Origin: a virus
Taxonomy: Duplodnaviria > Caudoviricetes
Length of the DNA stretch: 64,000 nt
Reading direction: 5' to 3' (one strand)
Virus record (IMG/VR): IMGVR_UViG_3300014204_000127
Location: 32,001 to 96,000 of that record
The notes under the pieces are model-generated. The model was not told the DNA's origin. It searched no databases and worked only from the letters and a program-made list of their open reading frames with translations. The position numbers were made by a program, and so were the translations under genes. Below are positions 36,773 through 47,356 of the stretch, piece by piece (position 1 is the stretch's first letter; each line of letters begins with the position of its first letter).

Positions 36773-39700
36773 TTATATGTCTTTAACGTCCACAAACTTT
36801 CTGTTTTCAAATTCCCACTCTCGGCGAACTTTTGGCCAATTTTTAACACTGACTATGTAGCCAACCACCCGTGTATAGTAGTCTACAATCTTTCCATCAC
36901 ATGTAGGACAGTCTTTAAACTTGCCATGAGTCACATGATTGTTTTCGCACTGGGAATAAACCATGTTAAGAGCGAAGTGCTCAATTCCATTCTCAGAGGA
37001 GTACTCTATCAATTTTTTGGCTTGTATTGGGGACACTTCCTCCCCCACCATAAGGTGCGTAATTGACCCGCCCGTTAAAAAGTTTTCATATAGTCCAGAA
37101 GTCCTAATTCGGTCGAATATTGTAGAATCTTCCCACAAAGGAATGAATTGATTAGAATACATTTTATAGGGAACCAATTCTTTTCCAAATAGGAGTCTGT
37201 CGGCATCTGCCAATCGGACTGCCATAGACTCTCCTGGAATTTGTTCTATATTAACTGCTATATCATACTTTTTTCCCATTTCAAGAACAGTTTTATTAAA
37301 GAACTCTAGGATATCCCTGATAACATCATCGGATTCAATTTTTCCAAAACGATGTTCAAGAATCTCTCTACACTCGGAAATACCTATAATACCAAAAGTA
37401 GAAAAGGTTTTAGCAAGAGGGAGATAGCCATTTTTAATAAATGGTTGCAATCCCGCATCAGTTAGTTTATAAAGTAGAGATTTGTGTGCTTTTAATATCT
37501 TAGCAGCGTCCTCAATGTAAGTATACAGATTTTTATAGAAGTCTTTATAATTTAGAGGCATTAGAGCCATTCTGGGCATATTTACAGTAACAACCCTATG
37601 GCTGCCCAAACTAATTGCAACCCCACCAAAACTATTAACTTGTGATGCCATAGACATCATCTCTGCCTGCGACATAGACAATCTACAACACGAGGCCACT
37701 TTACTTCCACTACTTACGAATATATTGTATCTATATATATCGTATTTATTGCAGAAATCTTCTAAAAATTCTGTATCTATTATTTTCTTCGTTTTATCAT
37801 CTTTAGACAGGTTAATGCTAATAACCGGGAAGCGGAATTGCAAATTTCCCGCACAGGGGTCCCCCTTATCGAAGAAATCAATGAATATCTTCTGAAGTTC
37901 CATAATATACTGTGTTAGATATTCACTATCCTTATTAAAAGAATCAAAATACCAACTCATATCTTCCACCATTTTTTTCAATTTGTGTGAATCGAATATG
38001 GATAGGTTAGTAAAAGGGGAATTTCCTGATATAAATGTATTTTTATTTTTATCCCTAAATAGAACAATACCATTTTTAGTGGTGGGGCACCATACTTTTC
38101 CTTTGTATTGTATTTTTTCCTTGCTTTTGAGTGATTTATTGGCTCTTTTCCTTAAATAAACATATATTGTGGAGTTTTTATTTTTTCCTATGTGTCTTTC
38201 GGTTATTGTTGAACCATATCCAGCAATGACTGCCACTTGTTGTAATTGGTTTGCTATGGTATAGTTATCTGCTTGTAATTTTATCTTTTCATCCACTTTA
38301 TCAAAAGAACCATGTCCATCAAACTTAGACCAAATATCCAAAACAATTCTTGCCTGCCTTTTTGAAAGAGAACCAAACCATTTGGGAAGTTCTTTTTTCG
38401 TCTTATTCAGTAGTGTGAGCAGTTGTGTTTTCTCTTTCCCCATCAATAAATTATAGATATTACATATATATTTAGTATCTTTGTAGTTATCAGTTGTTAT
38501 AGAAAAAACATTCTCTTGTATGGAGTGGGTGTATTTAATATTTAACTTTTGTAACAGCTCTTCTATAAGTTCTTTACCAAATCTCCTATTTGATTTACAT
38601 ATCACTACTTTTTCATTAGAATCAATGCAGCCATCTGTTAAAATAATAGTGCACAATTTCAACAAATCATCAGATATATTGTAATCCTCTTTATTATACT
38701 CCAGAAAGGCAACTGGAATTGTAAGTGGTGTTTTATTATCAATAAGTTCGCTGGAGGGCTTTAGCCAGTATTCTGTACTGTTATTTTTTTTTGCTAATAT
38801 TCTGTGGTTTGGAGTAACACACTGGTATAAGTCTCTTCCACTGTATTGATGCATTTCTCCATCATAATCAAATATATTTACTTTTTCGATAGGTTTTATT
38901 TCTAAAACACCCTCTTTCCAAGTATAAACCAAATCCCCTTCTTTTACTTCATTATATTTCTTAAATCCCTCTGTTGTAAGTACTTCTGTATCTATTGTAA
39001 AACATTCACTGCCATTTCTACTTAAATGGTTAAGGGAATGAACAAACTGCTGAAACTCATTTTCAATTAGTTTTCTTATTTTTGGTTTTTTAAGGGATTC
39101 TATGTCATATCCATCTTTAAGAAGAACATGGCAACAATCCATAAAAAAGGTTCCTACTGCCAAAGCACCAGCCACATGATTTGAAAGTTGATGTAGTGTC
39201 TCACAAAGGGCTGAAATATAGCTCTGAATGTGCTTACTTGGTGCAGAATGCAACTGTCCAAACTTGCGTCCTTCTAGTACAATGGGCATAGCATTAAGGG
39301 CAAAGCAATAAATTCTGTCTGTCTTAGATGCGTCGTGAAGAGCGAGAGAGAAATCATATAAATTCCTAGAAAGTCTTTTTGCTTCTTCCTTTCCATATAA
39401 ATGCTTCATTTCTCTATATAGAATGTCATATCCTATTATCTTTCTGATGGGTATAACTGATTCCTGAAAAATACCTTCCAGTGTCGTATCATTCTTATTA
39501 CTATTATCGTCCACAGAAATATCATTAAGTTTCTGTAGCATAAAATTCTCAACATTGCTTATAAAATCAAACCGTCTTGCATCCATACCATGTATCTTCA
39601 ATATGGCATTAGTACACTCTGGTTTTGCGTATACTTCATTAAGCCTGAATAGGAGTTCTTTATAAATGTTCTTCCTCGTCCTATCAGTCTTTGCATCAGG

Positions 39701-39787
39701 TATATATAGATTGCTGTGTTCATCTTGTACTTTAGCTGTTTCGATGTTCTTCTCGTCTTTATTTATATTATTTATATTATTTATCAT
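36773..39787 (-). CDS. nrdD: anaerobic (class III) ribonucleotide reductase, intein-containing
   Basis: YCF, SPFTN, SCCRL, PGES, Zn site, YTRVVGY glycyl-radical loop. Confidence 0.95.
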   Translation of the reverse strand: MINNINNINKDEKNIETAKVQDEHSNLYIPDAKTDRTRKNIYKELLFRLNEVYAKPECTNAILKIHGMDARRFDFISNVENFMLQKLNDISVDDNSNKNDTTLEGIFQESVIPIRKIIGYDILYREMKHLYGKEEAKRLSRNLYDFSLALHDASKTDRIYCFALNAMPIVLEGRKFGQLHSAPSKHIQSYISALCETLHQLSNHVAGALAVGTFFMDCCHVLLKDGYDIESLKKPKIRKLIENEFQQFVHSLNHLSRNGSECFTIDTEVLTTEGFKKYNEVKEGDLVYTWKEGVLEIKPIEKVNIFDYDGEMHQYSGRDLYQCVTPNHRILAKKNNSTEYWLKPSSELIDNKTPLTIPVAFLEYNKEDYNISDDLLKLCTIILTDGCIDSNEKVVICKSNRRFGKELIEELLQKLNIKYTHSIQENVFSITTDNYKDTKYICNIYNLLMGKEKTQLLTLLNKTKKELPKWFGSLSKRQARIVLDIWSKFDGHGSFDKVDEKIKLQADNYTIANQLQQVAVIAGYGSTITERHIGKNKNSTIYVYLRKRANKSLKSKEKIQYKGKVWCPTTKNGIVLFRDKNKNTFISGNSPFTNLSIFDSHKLKKMVEDMSWYFDSFNKDSEYLTQYIMELQKIFIDFFDKGDPCAGNLQFRFPVISINLSKDDKTKKIIDTEFLEDFCNKYDIYRYNIFVSSGSKVASCCRLSMSQAEMMSMASQVNSFGGVAISLGSHRVVTVNMPRMALMPLNYKDFYKNLYTYIEDAAKILKAHKSLLYKLTDAGLQPFIKNGYLPLAKTFSTFGIIGISECREILEHRFGKIESDDVIRDILEFFNKTVLEMGKKYDIAVNIEQIPGESMAVRLADADRLLFGKELVPYKMYSNQFIPLWEDSTIFDRIRTSGLYENFLTGGSITHLMVGEEVSPIQAKKLIEYSSENGIEHFALNMVYSQCENNHVTHGKFKDCPTCDGKIVDYYTRVVGYIVSVKNWPKVRREWEFENRKFVDVKDI
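38021..39004 (-). mobile_element. intein (328 aa) with LAGLIDADG-like domain in NrdD
   Basis: starts CFTIDTEVLT, VTPNHR block B, ends FISGN|S; IILTDG and SKFDG motifs. Confidence 0.88.
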
Positions 39788-40217
39788 AAAATCGTATTTC
39801 CCTATTATTTTTTAAATCATAAAATTTTTGATTCGTCTTATTACATGTTAAACCACCTAGTTCTTTTACATAACGTCCTGTCTTTAAATAGTTTAAGTGC
39901 TGTTTAATATCTTCATTTACATCCTCTAATCCGGTATACAATGCCGTTTTTTTATTAAGTTTTTGAACTTCCTTAAGGTATTCAACTAAATCCTTTTCCC
40001 AATCACCACCAAGAAAGCAGACACAGGTTACAAAATTGTCATATTTTTTTATAAGATTCCGTAAGAGTTCTATAGTCAGTTTTCGTGTTTCACTGTTTCT
40101 AAAGTCATTCCAAAAGCAATCTGGACAGTTTAATGTGCATCCAGCTACTGAAAAAGTAAGGCAGATTTCATCAGGAACTTCAGAAAATGTGATGTCATAT
40201 TTATAAATTTGCATCAA
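39777..40217 (-). CDS. nrdG: anaerobic RNR activating enzyme
   Basis: EVPDEI, GCTLNCPDC, FLGGDW, LKTGRY..ELGGL, TNQ. Confidence 0.92.
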   Translation of the reverse strand: MMQIYKYDITFSEVPDEICLTFSVAGCTLNCPDCFWNDFRNSETRKLTIELLRNLIKKYDNFVTCVCFLGGDWEKDLVEYLKEVQKLNKKTALYTGLEDVNEDIKQHLNYLKTGRYVKELGGLTCNKTNQKFYDLKNNREIRFYDK

Positions 40218-40980
40218 GATTCACCATAGTTGTATGGGGTATTTCTAGTAAAGCCCTGTTATCATTAACACGTTTTAATCCTATATTGCAGAATTTTTCC
40301 TCTTTTTCAATACAAATCCAGTTTCTTTTTAGATTGTCACAGGCCACAGCAGTAGTAAATGAACCCGCACAATTATCAAGAACAACATCATTCTCATTAC
40401 TATATGTTTTTATTAAATATTCTATAAGTTCCAGTGGCTTTTGAGCATTGTGCAACTTAGAATAATTATTCACACAAGGATATTCTAAAATATTGGTGGG
40501 ATATCTTTCTGTACTTCCCCCTATATAGTTTCTTTTCTTTTTTCCATGATATGTATCACCATTATGGGAACCTATTGCTGAATTTGTGGGTGCATGTCCT
40601 TGTGTCTTTTGTGGAAAATACGTGTTCCCATAAAAGACACAAATTTCTTCTACTTTTCGTATAGGCATTCGTTTGGCATGAAAAAAGTTTGTTCCCTGAT
40701 TTTTTATCCAATACCAACAATATTTAAAATCTTTTAAATTGCTGTTTATCAGTTTTGTAGTAAAAGGTTGGGATGCAAATAGAACAATACTTCCGTTATT
40801 TTTTATAATCCTCTTATATTGTGCCCATAAAATATCTAAAGAAATGGGGCAATCCCACAATGATGCTACCATCCCATAAGGTAAATCGCACAATACCATA
40901 TCAATGGATTCGCTCTGAATCTTTGGCATAATAGCCAAACAATCCCCAAAAAACACTCTATTTTTAAAATTATCTTCCAT
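40201..40980 (-). CDS. N4-C/N6-A DNA methyltransferase (beta class)
   Basis: GDCL, CDLPYG, HNAQKP, VLDNCAGSFTT; ATG 40980 preferred over TTG 41001. Confidence 0.9.
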   Translation of the reverse strand: MEDNFKNRVFFGDCLAIMPKIQSESIDMVLCDLPYGMVASLWDCPISLDILWAQYKRIIKNNGSIVLFASQPFTTKLINSNLKDFKYCWYWIKNQGTNFFHAKRMPIRKVEEICVFYGNTYFPQKTQGHAPTNSAIGSHNGDTYHGKKKRNYIGGSTERYPTNILEYPCVNNYSKLHNAQKPLELIEYLIKTYSNENDVVLDNCAGSFTTAVACDNLKRNWICIEKEEKFCNIGLKRVNDNRALLEIPHTTMVNLDANL

Positions 40981-40995
40981 TTTTTTATTTTTTTC

Positions 40996-41023
40996 TTGCA
41001 ATATAACAAAAGTATGCTATACT
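40996..41023 (+). promoter_or_regulatory. plus-strand sigma70-like promoter, convergent with the MTase promoter
   Basis: TTGCAA-16-TATACT, TGn; close copy of the 11946-11974 promoter. Confidence 0.65.
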
Positions 41024-41083
41024 TCACGATTGTTAAGTTAATTAAGTTGTAGGGCATTCCCCCACAATATATTCAGGTATCTT

Positions 41084-41111
41084 ATTATACATAAGATAAG
41101 GATACAGTCAA
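41084..41111 (-). promoter_or_regulatory. sigma70-like promoter of the MTase gene
   Basis: TTGACT-16-TATAAT. Confidence 0.7.
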
Positions 41112-41114
41112 GGA

Positions 41115-41147
41115 TAAAAAGGGGAAAATAAAATTAATTATTCTCCC
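41115..41147 (-). terminator. intrinsic terminator
   Basis: GGGAGAATA-loop-TATTTTCCC followed by CTTTTT on the minus strand. Confidence 0.55.
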
Positions 41148-41207
41148 ATGAGTGTACAGAAAACCAAGATTTATACACACCCTTATGAGTATGTATAAAA
41201 CCAAGAT

Positions 41208-41702
41208 TTAACTAGATGTTTTCTTTTTTACGATATTTTTAAGACAACTCTCCAAACCCTTTGAAACCGCCTCTTTTTGTACGGCATATTTATCATCAAT
41301 AGTAAATTTCTTTTCATTGTATGCCACAAGCATTTTAGATAATTTGAATAGCTGTCCCTTCTTTTTATATAGATAAACTATTGCTATTGCTACACATATA
41401 ACAATTACAAATAAAATTGGTACAATAATGACAAGTGTACTGCCATCTACCACAAGATTACTTACATTAATACCCCAACCACCTGTATTAAGATTGTTGG
41501 TACTGTTTTGAGAAAGCTGTTTTGTAACCTCTTTTGATATCTCAGTTTGCAGACTGGATTTGAAATGGGGACTCGCAATATTGGCCTCTACTTCTGCCTT
41601 TACATCCGCCCTTATAGCATCCTTCTCTACACAACCTATTGTATATATAGAAATAAATACACAACATATGATGGTCAGTAACATGTTTTTTAATTTTATC
41701 AT
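41208..41702 (-). CDS. membrane/lipoprotein-like hypothetical protein
   Basis: signal peptide with TIGC and a second TM helix. Confidence 0.6.
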   Translation of the reverse strand: MIKLKNMLLTIICCVFISIYTIGCVEKDAIRADVKAEVEANIASPHFKSSLQTEISKEVTKQLSQNSTNNLNTGGWGINVSNLVVDGSTLVIIVPILFVIVICVAIAIVYLYKKKGQLFKLSKMLVAYNEKKFTIDDKYAVQKEAVSKGLESCLKNIVKKKTSS

Positions 41703-41761
41703 AATGTTTTCCTCTACTGTATTATATCCAAGTTAGGGATGTATTTTATTTATTTATTTTC

Positions 41762-42607
41762 CTATTTCATGTTACAATAACGACATAAGATACTATCATC
41801 CTGTGCTTTATATTTTGCCATAAATTGAATAAATTTATCAGATTTCATAAAATCTTCTGGATTATCATAGTCTAATATGTTTCCCATTATATATTCTTTA
41901 TTATAATCATTACAGCACAGAACTATATCCCCATTATATAAAATATGCATCCAATTGTACAACCTGCTGCATATAGGTTGGTTTCTTTTCTTGTGGTACG
42001 CTTTTTCTATCTGGCCACCCCTATCATTATATTTAAAAAATCTTATATTTTCAGCCTTAAAATTATTGTGTGTCTCTTTTGTGACATAATCGTAAAATTC
42101 TTCAGCATCATAATATTTTTCAGTGGTGTCGCACTCTATTTCAGGAATACCGCATCCTTGTATTCTAAACTCCATTTTCTTAATCATATAATTAACATTA
42201 TTCCAAACCTTTTCAGGGTCTATTTTCATCATATTTCTATGCTGCTGTCTGGAAGCACCCTGCACACTTACTATTAATCTATATGGGGTATGTATAAATG
42301 TCTCGGCCAATAAATCTATTTTGTTCTTTGTAAGCAACTCGGCATTGGTAGATATTTCTATAAAGCCAAATTTTAATTCATTTTTTACTATATTTATTCT
42401 TTCTATGATGTTTTTATCACTAAAAGGCTCGTTCATTAAATATAAGCATATTCTTTCTATATTCTTTACTTTTTTTAAATTGTTTACTATATTCCTAAAG
42501 ATAGTGTCATCCATTATAACAGGGTTTTTATTAAACCACGACCCCTCATAAGGACATATACTGCATCGGGCATTACATATGGTTGTTGTTTGTATTTGTA
42601 TATTCAT
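41762..42607 (-). CDS. radical SAM/SPASM-domain protein
   Basis: CNARCSIC, NEPF, STNA; SPASM C..GDIVLCC.D..GN..CRYC. Confidence 0.92.
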   Translation of the reverse strand: MNIQIQTTTICNARCSICPYEGSWFNKNPVIMDDTIFRNIVNNLKKVKNIERICLYLMNEPFSDKNIIERINIVKNELKFGFIEISTNAELLTKNKIDLLAETFIHTPYRLIVSVQGASRQQHRNMMKIDPEKVWNNVNYMIKKMEFRIQGCGIPEIECDTTEKYYDAEEFYDYVTKETHNNFKAENIRFFKYNDRGGQIEKAYHKKRNQPICSRLYNWMHILYNGDIVLCCNDYNKEYIMGNILDYDNPEDFMKSDKFIQFMAKYKAQDDSILCRYCNMK

Positions 42608-43144
42608 TTATTTTATGGCCTTTACGTTCAAATGCCAATCCTCACTATCATTTCCTTCTTTATATTCCTTAATATTCAGAAAACCACAAGAAAATAACAA
42701 GTCCCTTAGTGTACCGAATGTATATCCCCACAGGTGTCTGCTATATTTGCCTCCAGTTTCCTCTCTGTCCCAACCATAAAATCCTGCCATAGCGTGTTCT
42801 GGTTGGTTGTTGAGATTGCTTTTTGACATGCCCAGCAATTGCTTTGCGTGAAATTCTATATTGGGCACAATTATATGAAGTGTGCCCCCTTTTTTTAATA
42901 TATCGTACCAGTTTTTAATAACATTTATCGCCTCCTCCTTTGTAAAATGTTCTAAGACGTGTCTGGCGTATATTAAATCTACTTTCCCTATATACCTATC
43001 GTCGTCTATGGGATACCTGCTGTCCCACACTATATCAGGGTTTACTTCTCGTCTAATGTCTGTATTGATGTACCCATCTATTTTTTTATTACTGCAACCT
43101 ATATTAAATTTTACTTCTTTTATGTCTTTTATGTCTTTTTCCAT
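42608..43144 (-). CDS. class I SAM-dependent methyltransferase
   Basis: FNIGCS, YINTD, HVLEH, LKKGG.L.I.VP. Confidence 0.88.
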   Translation of the reverse strand: MEKDIKDIKEVKFNIGCSNKKIDGYINTDIRREVNPDIVWDSRYPIDDDRYIGKVDLIYARHVLEHFTKEEAINVIKNWYDILKKGGTLHIIVPNIEFHAKQLLGMSKSNLNNQPEHAMAGFYGWDREETGGKYSRHLWGYTFGTLRDLLFSCGFLNIKEYKEGNDSEDWHLNVKAIK

Positions 43145-43156
43145 TTTTATCCCATC

Positions 43157-44179
43157 TCATCTTACTGACATATTATCTATTAAAGGGTTTTGATTATTAT
43201 AAAAAACTGTACCAGGAAAAGAACAAAACCTATAAAAACCACTTACTCTCATTTTTCCACTATTTCTTTTTATAAAATCCAGTGTCATTTGCTTCTCTTG
43301 TGGTGTTTCAGTAGGCATATCATACATAAAGGAACAATATACTGGAAGACCTATCTTATTTGCAATATTTATTGCATTTTGATTGATTTCAACTGTACTC
43401 TTTTTATTAAGTAGTTTCAGTATCCTGTCACATCCACTTTCTGCACCAAATCTAACTCCCTTAAATCCCATTTCTTTCATTTTTATACATATATCGTCAT
43501 TGAACATGTTTGCTCTGATAAATGACCATAATTGCAATCTTTTATTATAACCCCTCTTCATCCATAATTCATATATCTCATAAAATCTTTTAACATTGCC
43601 GATAAACAGGTCATCCATTATATAAAGCCATTTTGCACTCGAACCGTATTCTATCAATAGGTGTTCTACTTCATTAATAAAATATTCTGCTGAAACATAC
43701 CTTACTTTTTTCCAATACTCAGTTGAACTACAAAAAGCACAGTCATAGGGGCACCCCCTGGAGGTAAACAAAGGTACTTTCGCCTCTCTAAGACTTCCCC
43801 TTTTTGGGAAATTTAAAGTATTTAAATCAGTAGTATAACACTCCAATATTCTGTTTTCGGTTCCGTCTATTATGTCCTGTAGTGATTTTTCACCATCCCC
43901 TTTAACAATGTGTTTAAAAGGGTATTTTTCCAAATCCCCCCACAGTGTAGACTGTCCTCCAATTATAACAGGGATGTTAGTTGTACTTAATATATCTATT
44001 GCCTCTTTTATACCATGTGCTGTTGCCGATATGCCTATATAATCACAATCTTTTAAATTATCTCTGTTTTTTTCAAATGAAATATCAGCGTTTTTAACAT
44101 TGGTCATTAGATAGCCAATACTAAGAGGAATTTCACTTTCCGGCCTTTCTGAGCCACAGGAATACAATTTAATTTTCAT
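43157..44179 (-). CDS. B12-binding radical SAM protein (class B methylase-like)
   Basis: PLSIGYL, VIIGG, KGDGE, TSRGCPYDCAFC, FGAESG. Confidence 0.92.
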   Translation of the reverse strand: MKIKLYSCGSERPESEIPLSIGYLMTNVKNADISFEKNRDNLKDCDYIGISATAHGIKEAIDILSTTNIPVIIGGQSTLWGDLEKYPFKHIVKGDGEKSLQDIIDGTENRILECYTTDLNTLNFPKRGSLREAKVPLFTSRGCPYDCAFCSSTEYWKKVRYVSAEYFINEVEHLLIEYGSSAKWLYIMDDLFIGNVKRFYEIYELWMKRGYNKRLQLWSFIRANMFNDDICIKMKEMGFKGVRFGAESGCDRILKLLNKKSTVEINQNAINIANKIGLPVYCSFMYDMPTETPQEKQMTLDFIKRNSGKMRVSGFYRFCSFPGTVFYNNQNPLIDNMSVR

Positions 44180-44726
44180 TTATAAAAACCTTTCCAGTCT
44201 CTCTCATAAACTCTCTTTTCATTGTACTACACTGTCTTACTTCTCTTGTGGCATACTCACATAGAGAGAAATCATATTTTTTAAACATATCTATCCAATA
44301 ATCCTCTGTTCTGCAATTAACATGATGATGTCCATTTTTTCCAGGAAGTGCGTGTGTCATGCAAATCACTTTACAGTTCTTTAATGTCCTAAATACATTA
44401 ACTAAATAAAGTTCTTCAATGTGTTCGAAAAACTCTACAGACCAACAGAGGTCAAAAAATCCTGTAATAATTCCAGACTCTGAATAATCATTACACACCC
44501 CCACTATATTTTTGGACTGCCATGTTTTAAATAATGACATGTCGCCGTCTATTCCCAAACAAGAAACACCATTGTTTTTGGCTATTTCTAGCATACCACC
44601 AGGGCCACAACCAATATCTAAAAATGTCTGGGGTTTAAATGTTTCTAATAAATAACTAAAAGCCCCCTCATCCAGATGAGTCACATTCTCATGACCCCCG
44701 AGATGAGATTTTTTTGAGTGTATCAT
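44169..44726 (-). CDS. class I SAM-dependent methyltransferase
   Basis: FLDIGCGPGG, FDLCWSVEFFEH, GHHHVNC..YW. Confidence 0.88.
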   Translation of the reverse strand: MIHSKKSHLGGHENVTHLDEGAFSYLLETFKPQTFLDIGCGPGGMLEIAKNNGVSCLGIDGDMSLFKTWQSKNIVGVCNDYSESGIITGFFDLCWSVEFFEHIEELYLVNVFRTLKNCKVICMTHALPGKNGHHHVNCRTEDYWIDMFKKYDFSLCEYATREVRQCSTMKREFMRETGKVFINEN

Positions 44727-44740
44727 TGAATCTTATCTTT

Positions 44741-45391
44741 CTATAGTGTTTTTAATATCTTTTCAGCAAAATCAAAATCATCTGGATAATCTATATCTAT
44801 ATTTTCAATAGATGACAAAACCTGAAAATAGGGGTTGTCCCCCAATCTTCTTCCTTTTTCTATCTGTTCTTTTGTAAAAATATAAAAACCCGAGGTTTCT
44901 ATGTAAATTGGCTTCAAATCCTGTGTTTTTTGTCTATTTAGAGGAGTAAAATTTAAAGGCTTTCCATCAAACCAAATAAATGTCTGATGTTTCTCAACAG
45001 AAGCAGCTGAATCATATTGACCCCCTGCCACCATGTCTATTGCGTTTTTTATAGAACTACTTTTTAAAAAAGGGGATGTTGTGTGTGCCAATATATACAG
45101 GTCGGCATCTACCTTGTCCACAAAGTCCCTATAAATAGAAATACCTAGTGTATTATCGTTGTCCAGACAGGCAGGACGTTTCAAAAAAGTAGCCCCTTTT
45201 GGAAGTATGTCTTCTAGTACTGGGTCACTAGAAAAACCAAAAACACCATCCAAATAATCTATATCAAGAAGTGTTTCAAATATGTATCTGCACAATGGTT
45301 TATCGCCCAATAGTTTTAAATTTTTCTTTGGTGTTCTTTTACTGTTAAAACGAACAGGCGAAAAAGCCACTATTTTTTTTGAATTATACAT
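44741..45391 (-). CDS. neuA: acylneuraminate (CMP-nonulosonate) cytidylyltransferase
   Basis: PVRFNSKRTPKKN, TTSPF, TQDL, ETSGFYI, IDIDYPDDF. Confidence 0.9.
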   Translation of the reverse strand: MYNSKKIVAFSPVRFNSKRTPKKNLKLLGDKPLCRYIFETLLDIDYLDGVFGFSSDPVLEDILPKGATFLKRPACLDNDNTLGISIYRDFVDKVDADLYILAHTTSPFLKSSSIKNAIDMVAGGQYDSAASVEKHQTFIWFDGKPLNFTPLNRQKTQDLKPIYIETSGFYIFTKEQIEKGRRLGDNPYFQVLSSIENIDIDYPDDFDFAEKILKTL

Positions 45392-45408
45392 TTTTAAACC
45401 TTTTTTAG

Positions 45409-46143
45409 TTATTTGTATATATCAGCGTCATTCAGAGATATGTATGGAAATAAGTCTTTTATTGCCGAATCAGCAGAACAATTAATAACCTCTATACCGT
45501 TATTTTTGTACCAACTGCTTAGACTATCCCATGCTGGAAAATGGTATTTATCCAAATTTGGAAGATTTAAAACATCTCCTTTTTGTAAATAACCTTCAAA
45601 CCCATAATTAATATTAGTAGGGTTATTGCCTACAATCACCCTTTTACCCCCTATCCGCTTTAATCCCTTCTCTCGTTTATGGTTTAAATCAATGCCAATC
45701 AAATATAATCTGTTATATCCCAGAGCTATGGCTATCTGACAGCAATTGGCTCCCGTACTGCCCACATTTTCAAAATAATATTTGCCATCCTGTGGTAATT
45801 TAAATCTAAAAGTTGGCTCAGTCCATCCAGTTTGTATTATCTTTTTGTTTAATGGTTTTTTATCTTTTTTTGTTATTCGTGGGGCATAAAAACATTTTAA
45901 TCTTTCATCAGATTTTTCAACATAATCTATAAAATTATTATTATGATGTGAACACACTAGTTCATCAAAACACCCATGATATGTTGGGAACCACCCTATT
46001 GATAAAAAATGGCGGTATGCACTGTTCATACCAAAAGAGGCTATTTTAACTCTTTTTAAATCCAATTCGGATACTGATGGCCCGTTTCCTATTATAAGTA
46101 TACTCTTATTCAAAGTTAACACCCTTAAAATACCCACTGTCAC
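45409..46143 (-). CDS. sialyltransferase-like (GT42/Cst-II or Maf/DUF115) protein
   Basis: IIGNGPS, GMNSAY, STGA..IAIALGYNRLYLIGID, VINCS. Confidence 0.72.
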   Translation of the reverse strand: MTVGILRVLTLNKSILIIGNGPSVSELDLKRVKIASFGMNSAYRHFLSIGWFPTYHGCFDELVCSHHNNNFIDYVEKSDERLKCFYAPRITKKDKKPLNKKIIQTGWTEPTFRFKLPQDGKYYFENVGSTGANCCQIAIALGYNRLYLIGIDLNHKREKGLKRIGGKRVIVGNNPTNINYGFEGYLQKGDVLNLPNLDKYHFPAWDSLSSWYKNNGIEVINCSADSAIKDLFPYISLNDADIYK

Positions 46144-46786
46144 TTAACAATATAAATTCATCTCTTGTCAAATGCTGTACATAAAAAGATTTGTCCCCTA
46201 TTGGTATAGGTCTGTTTCTCCCCCCTCGCATTGACATATATTGAATATCTTGTTTATTGTATTCTTTTAAAGACAGGAACTTTAATTCAGGTCTATTGTA
46301 TAAATAACCCTCATTACCACATAGAGAAAGGTACATGTTAATAAATTTTAAAATATAGTCTCTTTGAATAAAAACCAGACTCTGTTCTATTTTGTAATTG
46401 TGGTCAAAAAACCCCACCAACATTTTACATTGTTTTTCCTCTATGTCACTATACAACGAATCAACCCAATTACCAAAACAAAAACAATCCTCCTCTTTAT
46501 ATATGAAATCAGTGCCGTTCATGTAAGCACAAAGTGCCCCGTGCATGAATGCCAACCACCACCCACTAAAAGGAGTATTTTCTTTTAGATTTTGAACATG
46601 TCCGTAGTTGTGGGTATAATTATGCCAATTACATTTATAATCTGTGACATATTTGTCTCCCCCTGTATTGATTATCTCAATAGATTGGGGATTTGAATTT
46701 TCTAAAGTATTATAGACCCACAAGTTAAAAAAAGCAAAATTATTCTTTTTATAGTTACCAGATGTTATTGTGTATTTATTACTCAT
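46106..46786 (-). CDS. putative glycosyltransferase-like protein
   Basis: FIYKEEDC (DxD-like) motif; operon context. Confidence 0.5.
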   Translation of the reverse strand: MSNKYTITSGNYKKNNFAFFNLWVYNTLENSNPQSIEIINTGGDKYVTDYKCNWHNYTHNYGHVQNLKENTPFSGWWLAFMHGALCAYMNGTDFIYKEEDCFCFGNWVDSLYSDIEEKQCKMLVGFFDHNYKIEQSLVFIQRDYILKFINMYLSLCGNEGYLYNRPELKFLSLKEYNKQDIQYMSMRGGRNRPIPIGDKSFYVQHLTRDEFILLSDSGYFKGVNFE

Positions 46787-46787
46787 T

Positions 46788-47141
46788 TTATATTAACAGC
46801 GTAAATATTGCACCAATTGCCGCACTAATCAATCCCTTTTTAATAGCCTGTCCATATTCATACATCTGTTGATTATATTCATTGGCTTTAGTTATAAAGG
46901 CATTACCTATTGTAATCCATTGTTCATCACTACTATTTTCTCTCAGTAGCTTTTGAGCCTGTAACATTGAATCAATATCATCTGAAAATAGATTGTCTAA
47001 CACAACTTGTGCCTGTAATTTACCCATTTTAATCAATGCTGGTATAATTGGATTAATAAGGTCTATAAATTTCTCAAGATTACTATCACCCAAATCTAAA
47101 GAAACCGTCTGGTCATCCGTAATATTTATAGCTATTGTCAT
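46788..47141 (-). CDS. hypothetical protein with C-terminal TM helix
   Basis: ORF in contiguous gene run. Confidence 0.6.
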   Translation of the reverse strand: MTIAINITDDQTVSLDLGDSNLEKFIDLINPIIPALIKMGKLQAQVVLDNLFSDDIDSMLQAQKLLRENSSDEQWITIGNAFITKANEYNQQMYEYGQAIKKGLISAAIGAIFTLLI

Positions 47142-47356
47142 AATTATACAATCCTAAGACATGTCCCTAGTTCTAACATCGGGTTCTGAACCAAGTTCCA
47201 GTTTACTTATTGTATCTATTATAAATTGTAGTGCTTTCTCCTTTTCTTCTTTTGTTCCATCTAACGAATCAACACAAATAGTAATGATTCTTTCATCACT
47301 TCCTCTAACTGTTTTGTGTGTAATATTTAAACCCACTGTACTCATTTTATTTCTCC

